NCBI GenBank assembly: GCA_951406725.2
Contig: OX597814.1
Span: forward strand, 201,624,001 to 201,688,000
Direction of reading: 5' to 3'
DNA length: 64,000 nucleotides
Origin: Octopus vulgaris
Taxonomy: Eukaryota
This document shows, in pieces, positions 37,326 through 50,403 of the stretch (within the stretch, counting starts at the first letter, position 1; each line of letters begins with the position of its first letter). The notes beneath the pieces are model-generated. The model ran no database searches. It saw only the letters and a program-made list of their open reading frames with translations, and was not told where the DNA came from. A program made the translations under genes and the position numbers.

Positions 37326-38206
37326 ATCATTTTAATTGTTACACTAGATAATAACAGAGTCAATAATTTCTTCGCAAATATTTTCTCCTGAATTATTTGC
37401 TCCATATGAAAATTATTTTCTTACTGGTGGCTGCCATGATTCAGCGCAAAACGAATTAGTTGCAACTTAGACTTCAACGTGATGGGTTGGGTCTTTCCAT
37501 CATGGTAACGCATGCTGAGGAAGGTGAGGTTATTATGCCAGTCCAGAAACCGGTCCACATGTGTCCAAATACTTGAATGTGTGCTGACGGATTGTCTTAT
37601 TGTCGCAAATATTTTCTGAATTATTTGATCCATATTAAAATGATTTTCTTACTGGTGGCTGCCATGATTCAGCGCAAAATGAATCCATTGCAGTGCAGAC
37701 TTCAATGCAATGGGTTGGGGCTTTCCAACATAGTAACACGTACTGAGGAAGATGAGGCTGTAATGTCAGTCCAGAAACCGATCCACATGAGTCCAAATAC
37801 CTGAATGTGTGCTGACGGATTGTCTTATCCCGTTTGCCCTCAGACGATGATTTCTGTAGTAATCAGTAAATTTTCGATGATTTAAATAAGAGTTTTGACT
37901 GTTATTTCCAGCAGGTAGACATACTTACTATGTCCTTTGATTAATTTTAATCCTTCAGCTATTTAGTGCTTTTTTGGGCCTGCAATTGCCTATATTATTG
38001 GTTCTGTTATTATCATTTTTAATTGTTATGCTAGATAATAATAGAGTCAATAATATCATCACAAATATTTTCTCCTGGGTTATTTGCTCCATATTAAAAT
38101 TATTTCCTCACTGGTGGCTGCCACGATTCAGCGCAAAATGAATCATTTGTAGCACAGACTTCAACATGATGGGTTAGGCCTTTCCATCATGGCAACGCAT
38201 GCTGAG
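37326..38206 (+). mobile_element. Tandem copies (partial + full + partial) of the same ~465-bp HHR-bearing unit
   Basis: CTGGTGGCTGCCA(T/C)GATTCAGCGCAAAA occurs at ~37424, 37652 and 38111. CTGAGGA..GAAACCG(G/A)TC cores at ~37515 and 37744. Confidence 0.8.
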
Positions 38207-38287
38207 TTATCATCTGGATTGTATCAGAATGCTCATAAGTTACTGGCCTCGATTTCAAATCCCTATTTCTTTACATTTTGTATATAT

Positions 38288-38555
38288 GTGGCAGAACATG
38301 GCTTAGTGGTTAAGGTGTTGCAGTCGTGATTGCGAGATTGTGGGTTTGATTCCCAGACCAAGCATTGCGTTGTGTTCCTCAGCAAAGCATTTCGTTTCAC
38401 AATGCTCTGCAATCATTTCAACAACTGACATGTGACACCTGTTGCACTTCTGATGGAGGGACGGAGCTTATGTCTACACAAACATTTGATCACTATAAAC
38501 AATTCATCCGTGTAGTTGTTCGATAAGAGATTTTCGATCCCTCATACGTCGTCTA
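38288..38555 (+). mobile_element. tRNA-derived SINE (another family)
   Basis: TGGCTTAGTGG A-box and GGTTTGATTCC B-box. A similar older head lies at ~20405. Confidence 0.65.
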
Positions 38556-38573
38556 ATGATAGGAGAGTCCATC

Positions 38574-38677
<104 letters not shown>

Positions 38678-38829
38678 GGAGGTTACGAGAGGTAATGGTG
38701 TCAGTAAGACCCAAATGTGTCAGGTAATGCTGAGTAAGTGCTATGGACAGACTATAGTTAAGCTCCAGGTTTGGTGATTATGCGAATAAGGAGTCCAACG
38801 TAGGTCATATATCAGCGTGTATATAAATA

Positions 38830-39175
38830 AAAACTTTTTTCAGAATAAGATGAAAAAAACGAAGGCTGTGAAGATTTTAGAACATTTATAAATAGAAGAT
38901 CTTACAGCTGTTTCCAGGATATAAATGGTTAAGCAATAGTTAATTTAGATAAGATACGATATCCTTGCATATCTCACATCTATTTTCGTTCCTCGACTTC
39001 ACTCTCTATTTCATATCATATCTAAATTAACCATCGCTTAACCATTTTCTCACACCCTCTCCAATGAAGGGTTATATAATAAATATCCTGGAAACAGCTG
39101 TAAGACCTTATATTTATGAATGTTTAAAAATCTTCACAGCCTTGGTTTTTTAATCTTATTCTGAAAAAAAAATTT
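38830..39175. mobile_element. Fold-back element with a degenerate HHR (39058-39105, +)
   Basis: TTTTTTCAGAATAAGAT..CTTACAGCTGTTTCCAGGATAT is mirrored. Core reads TCT-CCAATGA-AGGG..TCCTG-GAAAC-AGCT-GTA-AGA. Confidence 0.75.
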
Positions 39176-39214
39176 ATATATATATATATAAATTATTTAA
39201 AGGTCACAATACAT

Positions 39215-39280
39215 GTATTAAAGTGCTACTAATAGTTTCATATGTTGAGAGTTCTCAAACATATTCTTCAGGCACAATAC
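39215..39280 (-). ncRNA. Type I hammerhead ribozyme, intact core
   Basis: GTATT.GTGC-CTGAAGA-ATATGTT(TGAGAACTCTC)AACATAT-GAAA-CTATTAG-TA-GCAC.TTT.AATAC. Confidence 0.85.
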
Positions 39281-40546
39281 ATTTGAGTTTTCTCCATATA
39301 TGAAACTTTAATACATGTATTGTGTCCTTTAAATAATATTATTTATCTCTCACCAAATGGAGTACTTTTTTTGGTTGAATTTTCTATCATGGAACAGTAC
39401 ACCCAATACACTCTTGAAGTGATTGGCGTTAGGAAGGGCATCCAGCCATAGAAATCTTGCTAAATTAGATTGGAGCCAAGTTCTCAGTCAAACCGTCCAA
39501 CCCATGCTATCATGGAAAGCAGACATTGAATGACGATGATGATGATGATGATGATGATGATGAAGATGATATATTTTAATGTAAGTATATGTATGTATGT
39601 ATGTATGTATCTATCTATCTATCTCTCTATATATATGTATGTATGTATGTTCGTATGTATGTATGTATATCTTTTTATGTATATACGTATATGTATATTT
39701 GTATGTGTATGCATACACATGCACACACACACACATATATACACACACACATACACATATATGCACACACATATATATTTTTACATTTGTATGTGTGTGA
39801 ATGTGTGTACTCTTGCCTTGACATCATGCGATGATCATAAAGGAGCATCACCCGCATACAAACAATGTTGCTCATTTCTTGTCTTCCATGAAGAAAAGAA
39901 CTAGCCTGGCTATAGAGAATCTGCCCCAATGATGACGACAACGATGATGACGATGACGATGATATTAAAATTCTAAATAGGTTTCATGTTATAGGAATTC
40001 AAACTATTAAATTGGTTTAAATGAGATTTGGCTGCTATTTCTAGGAGATCAATTAACAGACATATAAAGGCTACCATTGTTGATTTTGTCGATCAGGCTT
40101 CATGGCATTATTTGAATATGCTTCTAGGCGAGGCACTTGCTTTATTTAACATTTCCTTGCTTCACCATGCTGTCAGGAATGATTCCAGACAATTTAAATA
40201 CAATACTAAAGGCTAACAAAGTAACAGGTTAAAGATATTCCTGCAATTATATTGAGAACATCAAAGAGACGAAAGCTGATAGCATCAATATTATCAAAGG
40301 TCTTTTCCACTATTTAGCATGATAAGCTTCTAGCGAGTCTGCCAGCCAAGGACTTAAATATTTTGATAACCATTCAAATTGGAGACTTTCTAACAGGCTG
40401 TTGTTGCATAGTTGTAGTTTAGAAACTTCTCTTTCCATGTTCTAACGTATCTACTATATCTGCCACCACCACCACCAAAACCACCACCACCATCACCACC
40501 ACCACTCCCAGCCACTTCATTTTCCATTACCATCACTCACTATAGG

Positions 40547-40822
40547 TGGAGGTACATGGCCTAGTGGTTACAGCAGCGGACTCACGGTCGAGGGATCGTG
40601 GGTTCGAATCTCAGACCGGGCGATGTATGTGTTTATGAGCGAAACACCTAAGCTCAACGCAGCTCCGGCAGAAGGTAATGGCGAACTTCTGCTGACTCTT
40701 TCACCACAACTTTTTCTCACTCTTTCCTCCTGCATCTTGCAGCTCACTTGCAACGGACCGGCGTCCTGTCTAGGTGGGGAACCTATACGCCAAGGAAACC
40801 GGGAAACCGGCCCTTATGAGCC
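40547..40822 (+). mobile_element. tRNA-derived SINE family C
   Basis: TGGCCTAGTGG and GGTTCGAATC boxes. Matches 143-305. Confidence 0.8.
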
Positions 40823-41307
40823 AGGCATGGCTCAAGAAGGAACACACACTCACTATAGCCATATCTTCCCCATCTCTAAGCATCTCCTCTCACACTCTCA
40901 TGAAACATCCGCCTGTATCCTCTCTGTGTCACCTGCACTTCTGTCGATAGATCCCAATACATCTCCAACACCATCTATTTTTCTCTCTGTCACTCTGACT
41001 GCTTCTCTATTCTTCTTTAACTCTCTCTCTCCTCCTTCTCTCTCCTTCCTCTCTTTCCTTGTCCTACTGGGGTAGTCAAGTATCTCCTGTCCCTCTGTTA
41101 TACCATCCTGCCTTTCTATTATACCATCAGACAACCATAGACAAAGAACACCACTGGAAAATACAAAAACTAAAAAAAGCAGTGCATATGCTAGGACACA
41201 ACAACCTCTTAAGCAGACTGAGTGCAGATATGAGCAGCATATGGGAACCGGTATTAAGGAAGGATAGAAAAATATTAGATTTATAAGCACTAAAATTCAC
41301 TCCGTTA

Positions 41308-41540
41308 AGGCAGTGAGCTGGCAGAAACGTTAGCATGCTGGGCCAAATGCTTAGCAGTATTTCGTCTGCCACTACGTTCTCAGTTCAAATTCCGCTGATC
41401 TCGACTTTTTCGTTCATCCTTTCGGGGTCGATAAATTAAACACCAGTTATGCACTGGGGTTGATGTAATCGACTTAATCCCTTTGTCTGTCCTTGTTTGT
41501 CCTCTCTGAGTTTAGCCCCTTGTGGGTAGTAAAGAAATAA
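41308..41540 (+). mobile_element. SINE family B
   Basis: Full family B unit. Confidence 0.85.
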
Positions 41541-41563
41541 AACTCACTCCCTAATTGCCTACG

Positions 41564-41795
41564 AGCATATGGCATAGTGGTTAAGAGCACGGGCTACTAA
41601 CTTCAAGATACCAAGTTCGATTCCAAGCAGTGACCTGAACAATAATAACATTGAAAAATACATTAAGAATGAGAACCCAGGTTCAAAATTGCCCCAGGAC
41701 ACCTGATAAAGGCTGGAGAGTACATCAGCAGAAACGTGTTAACAACAAACAAGATGAGGACAAATATCCGTCAAACCCAAATAATGTAAATAATG
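41564..41795 (+). mobile_element. SINE family D (tRNA head + HHR-like tail)
   Basis: Collinear with 2627-2915. Confidence 0.8.
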
Positions 41796-42037
41796 AACTA
41801 TCCTGTTGTTCTATTATATTCTGGCTCACAGCTAGTTCTTTTGGTTCTACTCACTTGTTTTCACTTTATCAATAGTTCCGGAACCTCATGGTTCTGGGTT
41901 CAGTCCCACTACGTGGCACCTTGGGAAAGTGTCTTCTGCTATAGCCTCAGGCCAACTAAAGCTTTGTTTTGGTAGATGGAAACTGAAAGAAGAATGTCAT
42001 ATATATATAGATATATAAGTATTTATGTATATATATG

Positions 42038-42103
<66 letters not shown>

Positions 42104-42717
42104 GTATGATTAATTTATGGAATGTAGTTTTACAAATCCAATCATATTTCTCAAAAATGTAGGAGATATGATGTTAAAAAGTTGTAAGGAGTTTATTCAT
42201 GCACACAATTGTTTCGTATATAGATATAAATTCATATTTGAATTTGAAAATTATCAAAGTACTCATCAGCACACAGAGATAATAATAATAGGAACTTTAA
42301 AAATAACACAGAAGTTGGATCTATGAGTTTCATGTTTGTCTGTTCCTATCTGTGTGCGATAGTGATGGGCACCATGACAAATATTAAACCAAGAGTTGTG
42401 GTTTATGCATGATTAAACTCCTAACAATTTTTTAACATCTTATCTCCCCCATTTTCGACAAATATGATTGGATTTGTAGAACGTAATTCCATAAAATTAA
42501 TCATATGCTTAATATTCTAATACTACTTTTCACAGCTTCACCAATGTACACTAGTAAACTCTCAGCAAAGTAGGAAGAATTAGCATTAGAAACCGTTTTG
42601 GAAATCACTCCAATTAAAGGACGTATCCACATCCAACCTTTTACACACATATATATGTGTATATGTATGTATGCATACAGATGTATGTATATTTGTTTAA
42701 GTATATATATATATATA

Positions 42718-42882
42718 GGCGCAGGAGTGGCTGTGTGGTAAGTAGCTTGTTTACCAACCACACGGTTCCTGGTTCAGTCCCACTGCGTGGCACCTTGGGC
42801 AAGTGTCTTCTACTATAGCCTCAGGCCGACCAAAGCCTTGTGAGTGGATTTGGCTGATGGAAACTGAAAGAAGTCCGTCGTA

Positions 42883-42943
<61 letters not shown>

Positions 42944-43152
42944 TTGTGTGTCTGTGTTTGTCCCCCTGGCATTGCTTGACAACCGATGCTGGTGTGTTTA
43001 TGTCCCCGTTACTTAGCGGTTCGGCAAAAGAGACCGCTAGACTAAGTACTGGGCTTACAAAAGAATAAGTCCCGGGGTCGAGTTGCTTGATTAAAGGCGG
43101 TGCTCCAGCATGGCCGCAGTCATATAACTGAAACAAGTAAAAGAGTAAAGAG
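42718..43152 (+). mobile_element. SINE family A
   Basis: Full length. Confidence 0.92.
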
Positions 43153-43207
43153 TAATATATATGTGTGTATATATATGTATGCATATGTATATGTGTTATA
43201 AAATCCT

Positions 43208-43310
<103 letters not shown>

Positions 43311-43502
43311 GTATAAATAAGTGTTATAATATCCTTATATATATATATACACGGTTTAAGTAATTGAGATTCAAGTGAATTCTAATGAATTCACATGAAT
43401 ATGGTCCTTAACTAGGATGCACCGGAAATCTATATGGTGTTAACCATACGACAAGTGGGGTGATTACAAATAGGAAAAAAAGCAACAAGAATGGATTTAA
43501 AA

Positions 43503-43589
43503 TCTCGGTACAATTGTTTCGTACGAGGACATCTTTAATAAGCTACAAAAATGCAGTAAATACAGGTGGCTCGTACTCGTCAGCCGAAA
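43503..43589 (-). ncRNA. Type I hammerhead ribozyme, intact core, extended stem II
   Basis: TTTCGG-CTGACGA-GTACGAG(~40 nt)CTCGTAC-GAAA-C-AATT-G-TA-CCGAGA. Confidence 0.88.
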
Positions 43590-43960
43590 AAACATCAGAG
43601 AATTCCCAAACATCAAAAGGGGTAGATACAAAAGAGGGTGTAAGATTAACTGCATTGAAGAAAGTTCGATTCCTGGAGAACCGATGAAAGGTCTTAAACT
43701 TACAGAATTTGTGCATGTCTACATATAGCTCATATTGAATTGCTAATCAAGTTGTGTGAAGAAATTTCGGATACAGTCATGCGAAATTTCTTCACACAAC
43801 TTGATTAGCAATTCAATATGAGCTATATGTAGACATGCACAAATTCTGTAAGTTTAAGACCTTTCATCGGATCTCCAGGAATCGAACTTTCTTCAATGCA
43901 GTTAATCTTACACCCTCTTTGTATCTACCCCTTTTGATGTTTGGGAATTCTCTGATGTTT

Positions 43961-44048
43961 TTTCGGCTGACGAGTATGAGCCACCTGTATTTACTGCATT
44001 TTTTGTAGCTTATTAAAGATGTCCTCGTACGAAACAATTGTACCGAGA
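43961..44048 (+). ncRNA. Type I hammerhead ribozyme, mirror copy
   Basis: TTTCGG-CTGACGA-GTATGAG..CTCGTAC-GAAACAATTGTA-CCGAGA. Predicted cut after 44042. Confidence 0.88.
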
Positions 44049-44076
44049 TTTTAAATCCATTCTTGTTGCTTTTTTT

Positions 44077-44127
<51 letters not shown>

Positions 44128-44365
44128 GCATATGTATATATAAGTGTTATAATATCCTTATATATATATATGTATATAGGATTATGGTCAAATACCTGTT
44201 TTCCATTGTCAGCATAATACAACCAGATGTATATAATTATAAACAATTCTATATACCACTGAAACACAAAGTATTCACACCACATATATAACTGTTCATA
44301 CTTATACACAAATTAAACTCAAAAAACCTAGTTTGTTTATCTCAGCCATGTGTGAAAAACCAAAA

Positions 44366-44408
<43 letters not shown>

Positions 44409-45451
44409 GCACACACATATTCACTCACACACATACACACAATGGCGTATAAAGATACATATACATACATACATACATACATATATATATATATATATCA
44501 TTATAAATCTTGAAGTATGCTTGCACCAATGAGTAAAGAGTGCATACCACTGCACTGATTATGAAATCACTGGTGATCTGCAGCTGAATTCTGTTTTTAA
44601 ATGACTTGCTTCGAGACTTGCTTTTGGTACAATATGTTTTTTATTTTAGTAGTTTTTACTTTAAGAGTCCCTCCTAGCGTGTGGCATTTATGTGTAATAA
44701 TGCCCTCTATATAATATAAATAAATATATTTAAGTGGAAAAAAAATTGATGGATTTTTTCTCTAATGAGGTTTTACAGGCTAACTACTTGATAAATTCTT
44801 ATAAAGATTTTATCCTATTTTTAAATTATACATATATATATTTTATCTTACATTAAACTTTTTAATACATTTTGTGGTTTTACTTTTTATCTTATATTAA
44901 ACTTTTTAATACTTTTTGATAGTAATATATGTTTAATAAAAAATAAATAAATAAATAGATAAAAGATATATATATATATAAAAATCAATAATTTTAAATT
45001 TTTAACTTTAAATTTAAATCATCTAAATTTTGAATTTTATATTTTATATATTTTGTATATTATATTAATTATTTTTATTTCTATGTTTTGGTTTATGTTT
45101 TTCACTGTTTGATTTGCCTAATAGCGGTTTTATCTCTGATTTAATTTATATATATACATATTTATGTGGATAAATTTATGTATTTGCTTTTGATGGCTGG
45201 ACAAATAAAATATCATCTGATACCTCTAAGTAGCATTTGGATGTGACCTGAAATGGATTACCCCTGTTTATATGTTTCAATTACTCATGTAACGGACAAT
45301 CTGGTTAACAAACTGTGCCCTGGAATGGATTATGTTCGTATAAAAAGACCACATTGTATTCGTCTTGCATAAACAATAATTTCATGTAATTTTCGAATAA
45401 TCATATTCCTTACTCAGCACAACATTGCATATCTCAAGCACCTACCTCATA

Positions 45452-45868
45452 CCTATTTCTTTACTACCCACAAGGGGATAAACACAGAGTGGACAAACAA
45501 GGACAGACATAGGTATTAAGTCGATTACATCGACCCCAGTGCGTAACTGGTACTTAATTTATCAACCCCGAAAGGATGAAAGGCAAAGTCGACCTTGGCG
45601 GAATTTGAACTCAGAACATAGCGGCAGACAAAATACCTATTTCTTTATTACCCACAAGGGGCTAAACACAGAGTGGACAAACAAGGACAGACATAGGTAT
45701 TAAGTCGATTACATCGACCCCAGTGCGTAACTGGTACTTAATTAATCGACCCCGAAGGATGAAAGGCAAAGTCGACCTCGGCGGAATTTGAACTCAGGAC
45801 GTAACGACAGAGGAAATACGGCTACGTAATTCGTCCGACGTGCTAACGTTTCTGCCAGCTCGCCACCT
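45452..45868 (-). mobile_element. SINE family B tandem dimer
   Basis: Two near-identical ~184-bp units sharing one head. Confidence 0.88.
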
Positions 45869-46329
45869 CATACCCTATGTGCTCACAAGGTCTTTGAGAA
45901 AGAGCAACAAAATCTTCAAATTACATGTCCTACTTTCTTAAATAATGTTTACAGAATGTCTTTCAGCATTGTCCTTATTCATCAATCCTTATTTGGAGCT
46001 AATCAACATCACTTACCATAAATTTGTACAGATTTTAAATTAAAAGACAACGCTTTGAATATCGTTGATTGTCAGAAACATTATTGAATAGTTACATTTA
46101 TACTTCACGAAGAAATATGTGTGCCTTTCTTCACAGTGAAAATCTGCCATTTCATGATGTATCGATGACGAATTAAAATTTGCAAAAATCTATTATTCAT
46201 GTTCAAGAATCGATCGACATTAACCAATGATTATAATAAAATTTCTGTGGTTTTATCAAATTAATAAACTATCAAGCTCTTGCTTCGAATGGTACTAACC
46301 TACCAAATCTGAATTTAATTATTATTCTT

Positions 46330-46737
46330 ACTCTTTTACTCTTTTTCTTGTTTCAGTCATTTGACTGCAGCCATGCTGGAGCACCACCTTTAGTCGAGCA
46401 AATCGACTCTGGGACTTATTCTTTGTAAGCCCAGTACTTATTCTATCGGTCTCTTTTGCCGAACCGCTAAGTGACAGGGACGTAAACACCAGCATCGGTT
46501 GTCAAGCAATGCTAGAGGGACAAACACAGACACACAAACATACACACACACACACATATATATATACATAGATGTAACAGGTTTCTTTCAGTTTCCATCT
46601 ACCAAATCCACTCACAAGGCATTGGTCGGCCTGGGGCTATAGCAGAAGACATTTGCCCAAGATGCCATGCAGTGGGAATGAACCCAGAACCATGTGGCTG
46701 GTTAGCAAGCTACTTACCACACAGCCACTCCTGCGCC
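46330..46737 (-). mobile_element. SINE family A
   Basis: Full length. Confidence 0.9.
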
Positions 46738-47244
46738 TATTCGTCACAATAAATCGACTAATTATGTATGGATTTTGGGAAACCTTTGTCTCTTCAATAT
46801 TTGTAACTTCATCATACGATGGCGTGAATGTTGTAGGTTTAAGTTCCAGCTTGGAGAAGTAATCCAGTATAAGTCAGTGAGTTGACAACATCATTAGAGC
46901 ATTGGACGAAAATGTTTTATGGTATTTACTCTGGCTCTATATGTTCTGAGTTCAAACCCACCTTGGTCAACTTTGACTTTCTTTTCTCTGTGAGGAAATG
47001 AGGTACCCGTCAAATACTGGCATCGATGTAATCAATTATCCCCTCCCTCTAAAATTTAGGGTGTCGTGGCAATTAGACAGAATTATTATTATTGTTATGT
47101 TTGTTGTAATCACTTGCCGAGGCACACATAGTGCCCCAGGGCAAGTGAAAGACAGATGTTACAGTATAATTAAAAGCTCAGGGAGGGGACATGGCAGGGG
47201 CAGTAGTGAAATATCTCCATGTAATAAAAGACAGACATCTAAAG

Positions 47245-47885
47245 TGATAGGGTTTTTTTTAAGAATGTAAGCAGTCCTTGTCACCAGAATCTTTTAGATT
47301 TCTCTGAGACATGGTTCTCCTGGGATGCTGTCTAGATGTTTCTGGCATCGTTGTTTTTTTGGCCTACCAGATAGTTTGTCGGTGAATTTGTTCAATCCTT
47401 TTCCCATGAACCCTGGAACACCAATAGGTATTACTTCGATGTCTTTTGTCCATATTCAGTTTATTTCTATCTCTAAGTCTTTGTACTTTGATAATTTGTT
47501 GGTAACTTTCGTGGATTTATTTCTCTCTGTTAGTATTGTCACATCTCTTATTAGGCAACCCTTGTCCTTCCCATCCCTGATAATGATGTCTGGACAGTTT
47601 GCTGATACTTCCTGGTTTGTATGAATAGACATATAGCATAGTTTGGTGGCATTCATATTTTTCCAGTTGATGTTCACACCATTCCTTGATGAGTTTGGTA
47701 TTATGTTCCTTGCAGGTCTTCCAGTCGATGTATGCTGATGCCTTGTAGTGATGTTAGATGTATTCTGCCTTAGAAAGTTCTGGGCAGCCAGAGACAGACT
47801 GGTTATTTCTTTCTTTGGGCCTGCTGCATATCCTACACTGGATTGGGTTGTTATTGTTCTTTATTATTCTGCATTGGTAAGACTT
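47245..47885 (-). mobile_element. R4/Dong-like LINE: Zn-knuckle and RLE fragment
   Basis: CRIC.. followed by HTNQEVSANCPDIIIRDGKDKGCLIRDVT..KLSKYKDLEIEI (PD..D..K RLE motif). Confidence 0.8.
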
Positions 47886-47889
47886 TATT

Positions 47890-48675
47890 GAAAGGGGAAA
47901 GAAAACAGACAGCAATGCAAGAAGAATTGTCACAAATCACAAAAGGTGATAGCGTTAAAGACCAAACTGAAAAGATATGATGCTGGATGTAAAAGCTTTG
48001 AACAGAAGAGACTGTTCCAATCAAAGAGAAGACATCTTTCGAGGAAAATATTGGGGGATTGTAGAACAGGCCAGTGAGACATAAACAAAGTGCAGAGTGG
48101 CTAACAGGTGGAAAAACAACTTGCTACTGTACCAAGACAAAAAGCTGTCAGAATCGATCTGTATACAATGAGACTGAGGTTTAAAAAATAGCAAATTCGA
48201 AAGGATTTGGCCCGAAGGGAGTACAAGAATACTGGCTGAAGAACTTCATACAGTTGCATGAAAGCATTGCTGTGCAACTGGATGAATATCTGTAACATGG
48301 TCAGGTCCCTACTTGGATGACAATTGTGCGAGCGCTGTTATGTCTCAAGGATCCTTTGAAGGGTAACTTGACATCAAAATTTCAACCTATAACCCGTATA
48401 TCACATTTGTGGAAGCTTATGACCGGTGTCTTGGTGGAAGCTAGATAATCACCTAGAAAGTTATCCACTTCCAGATGGGCACAAAGGATGCAAGAAACAA
48501 AGTATGGCGGCAAAAGATCGACCACTTATTAATTGAAAAAATGATAATTAGAAATTATAAACACAGATTAATGGGACTGAATGAAGCATGGCTAGATTAC
48601 AAAAAAGCATATGACTTGATACTACACAGTTGGATAAGTAAAATAATGAGCACGTTTGGAGTGGCAAATAATATA
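47890..48675 (+). mobile_element. R4/Dong-like LINE RT fragment (opposite orientation)
   Basis: FQPITRISHLWKLMT and DHLLIEKMII..AWLDYKKAYDLILHSWI RT motifs. Confidence 0.8.
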
Positions 48676-49023
48676 CTCTTTTTCTCTTTTACTTGTTTCA
48701 ATCATTTTGACTGTGGCCATGCTGGAGCACCGCATTTAGTTGAGCAAATCGAACCCAGGACTTTGTAAGCCTAGTACTTATTCTATCGGTCTGTTTTGCT
48801 GAACACAAGAATCAGTTGTCAATTGATGTTGGGGGGACAAATACAGACACACAAACATATACACACACATACATATATATACATATATACGACAGGCTTC
48901 TTTCAGTTTCCATCTATGAAGTAGATAGACATGTAATTTTTGAACCTGTGGAAGGCACGCTAGATGCCGAAATATTGTTCAACCAATTTCACATGTTAAC
49001 TATGACACTCTTCTATTTATTTC

Positions 49024-49068
<45 letters not shown>

Positions 49069-49802
49069 TCGAAAAATAATAATAAAATCGAAAAATACCT
49101 AAGGAATGAGAACCCAGCCGAAACATTGTGTTAACAATAAACAAGATGAAGACAAATATCTATTAAATGTAAATAATGTAAATAATGTAAATGATGATGT
49201 TAATAGCCCTGATAATTCAGCTGATTTGAGTATTTAAAATGAAATCACTAATTTATATGTTAAATATCTCTAAGAATTTACGCCTGGCTTAGGTCATTGC
49301 ATGAAAATATAGAACTGAGTTTGACTACCTGTAATTACCATTTTACAAAAACCAAATTAGCAAAAAACTGAGAATTGGAATGATGTATTGGAACTGATCG
49401 ATTACAATGGTGAGTCGATCTTAATTTGCGTCTGTGGTGATTTTAAAGTTACCATTAATAATAAATGAGCTGATGAAACTCACCATTAAGTGCCCAAATA
49501 CGATTAATTATCTATGAACTGAAGGGCAGAAATAATTTCAATGTAATCGATTTTAAAAAAATAACTGCATAAAGATGGAATTGATAGAATAATTGCAAAA
49601 ATTGCTTGTGATAAATATGCCTTGAGAGTTTTAAAAGTAGCAATGAATTGGATTATGAGGTCTCTTTGTATGTTTCAACATTTTGTTGATCAAATGATAT
49701 CATGGCAGGGTTTATGGCAGATAAACCCTGGAGGGAATGTTATGGAGGGAATGTTATGTTATTGGCACTACAAGTGGAAAAATATTTAGATAATATAAAA
49801 AT

Positions 49803-50338
49803 GGTGCAGGGAGTGGCTGTGTGATAAATAGCTTGCTTACCAACCACATGGTCCTGGGTTCAGTCCCACTGCGTGGCACATTGGGCAAGTGTCTTCCACT
49901 ATAGCCTCGGGCCAACCTAAGCCTTGTGAGTGGATTTGGTAGACAGAAAATGAAAGAAGCATGTCGTATATATATATATGTATATAATAATAAATATTAG
50001 GGAATAAATCCAAAGTTACAGGGAAAAATCAGATTTAGGATTGAATCCAATTTTATAGTAAAATATTATATTATATTACATTAGAGACAAAACCACTATT
50101 AGGTAAATCAAACAATGAAAGACTTAAGCCAATACATATGATTAATTTATATTATTTAAATATGTAACAAAATTATTAAAAAATATAATTAATATCCCAC
50201 TATGATCGTTTCCTGCCTGCTGTTTTCAAATTTTTGAGTTGCAGTCATTCATCAGGTGGTCTTAAAATATTTCTTGGCGAGTTTTAACCAATTGTTTGAT
50301 TTACCTAATAGTGGTTTTGTCTCTAATTTAATATAATA

Positions 50339-50403
<65 letters not shown>

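Larger units (their letters stand above)
43471..44080. repeat. Palindrome with ~300-bp arms and a 12-nt loop (43770-43781)
   Basis: TAGGAAAAAAAGCAACAAG..GAAGAAATTTCG / CGAAATTTCTTC..CTTGTTGCTTTTTTTCCTA. About 3 differences seen. Confidence 0.95.

Noticed and set aside
40547-40625. tRNA gene (also 143-215, 2627-2700 and 41564-41635)
   Set aside because: A/B boxes are present but there is no acceptor stem or terminator. Each continues into a SINE body.
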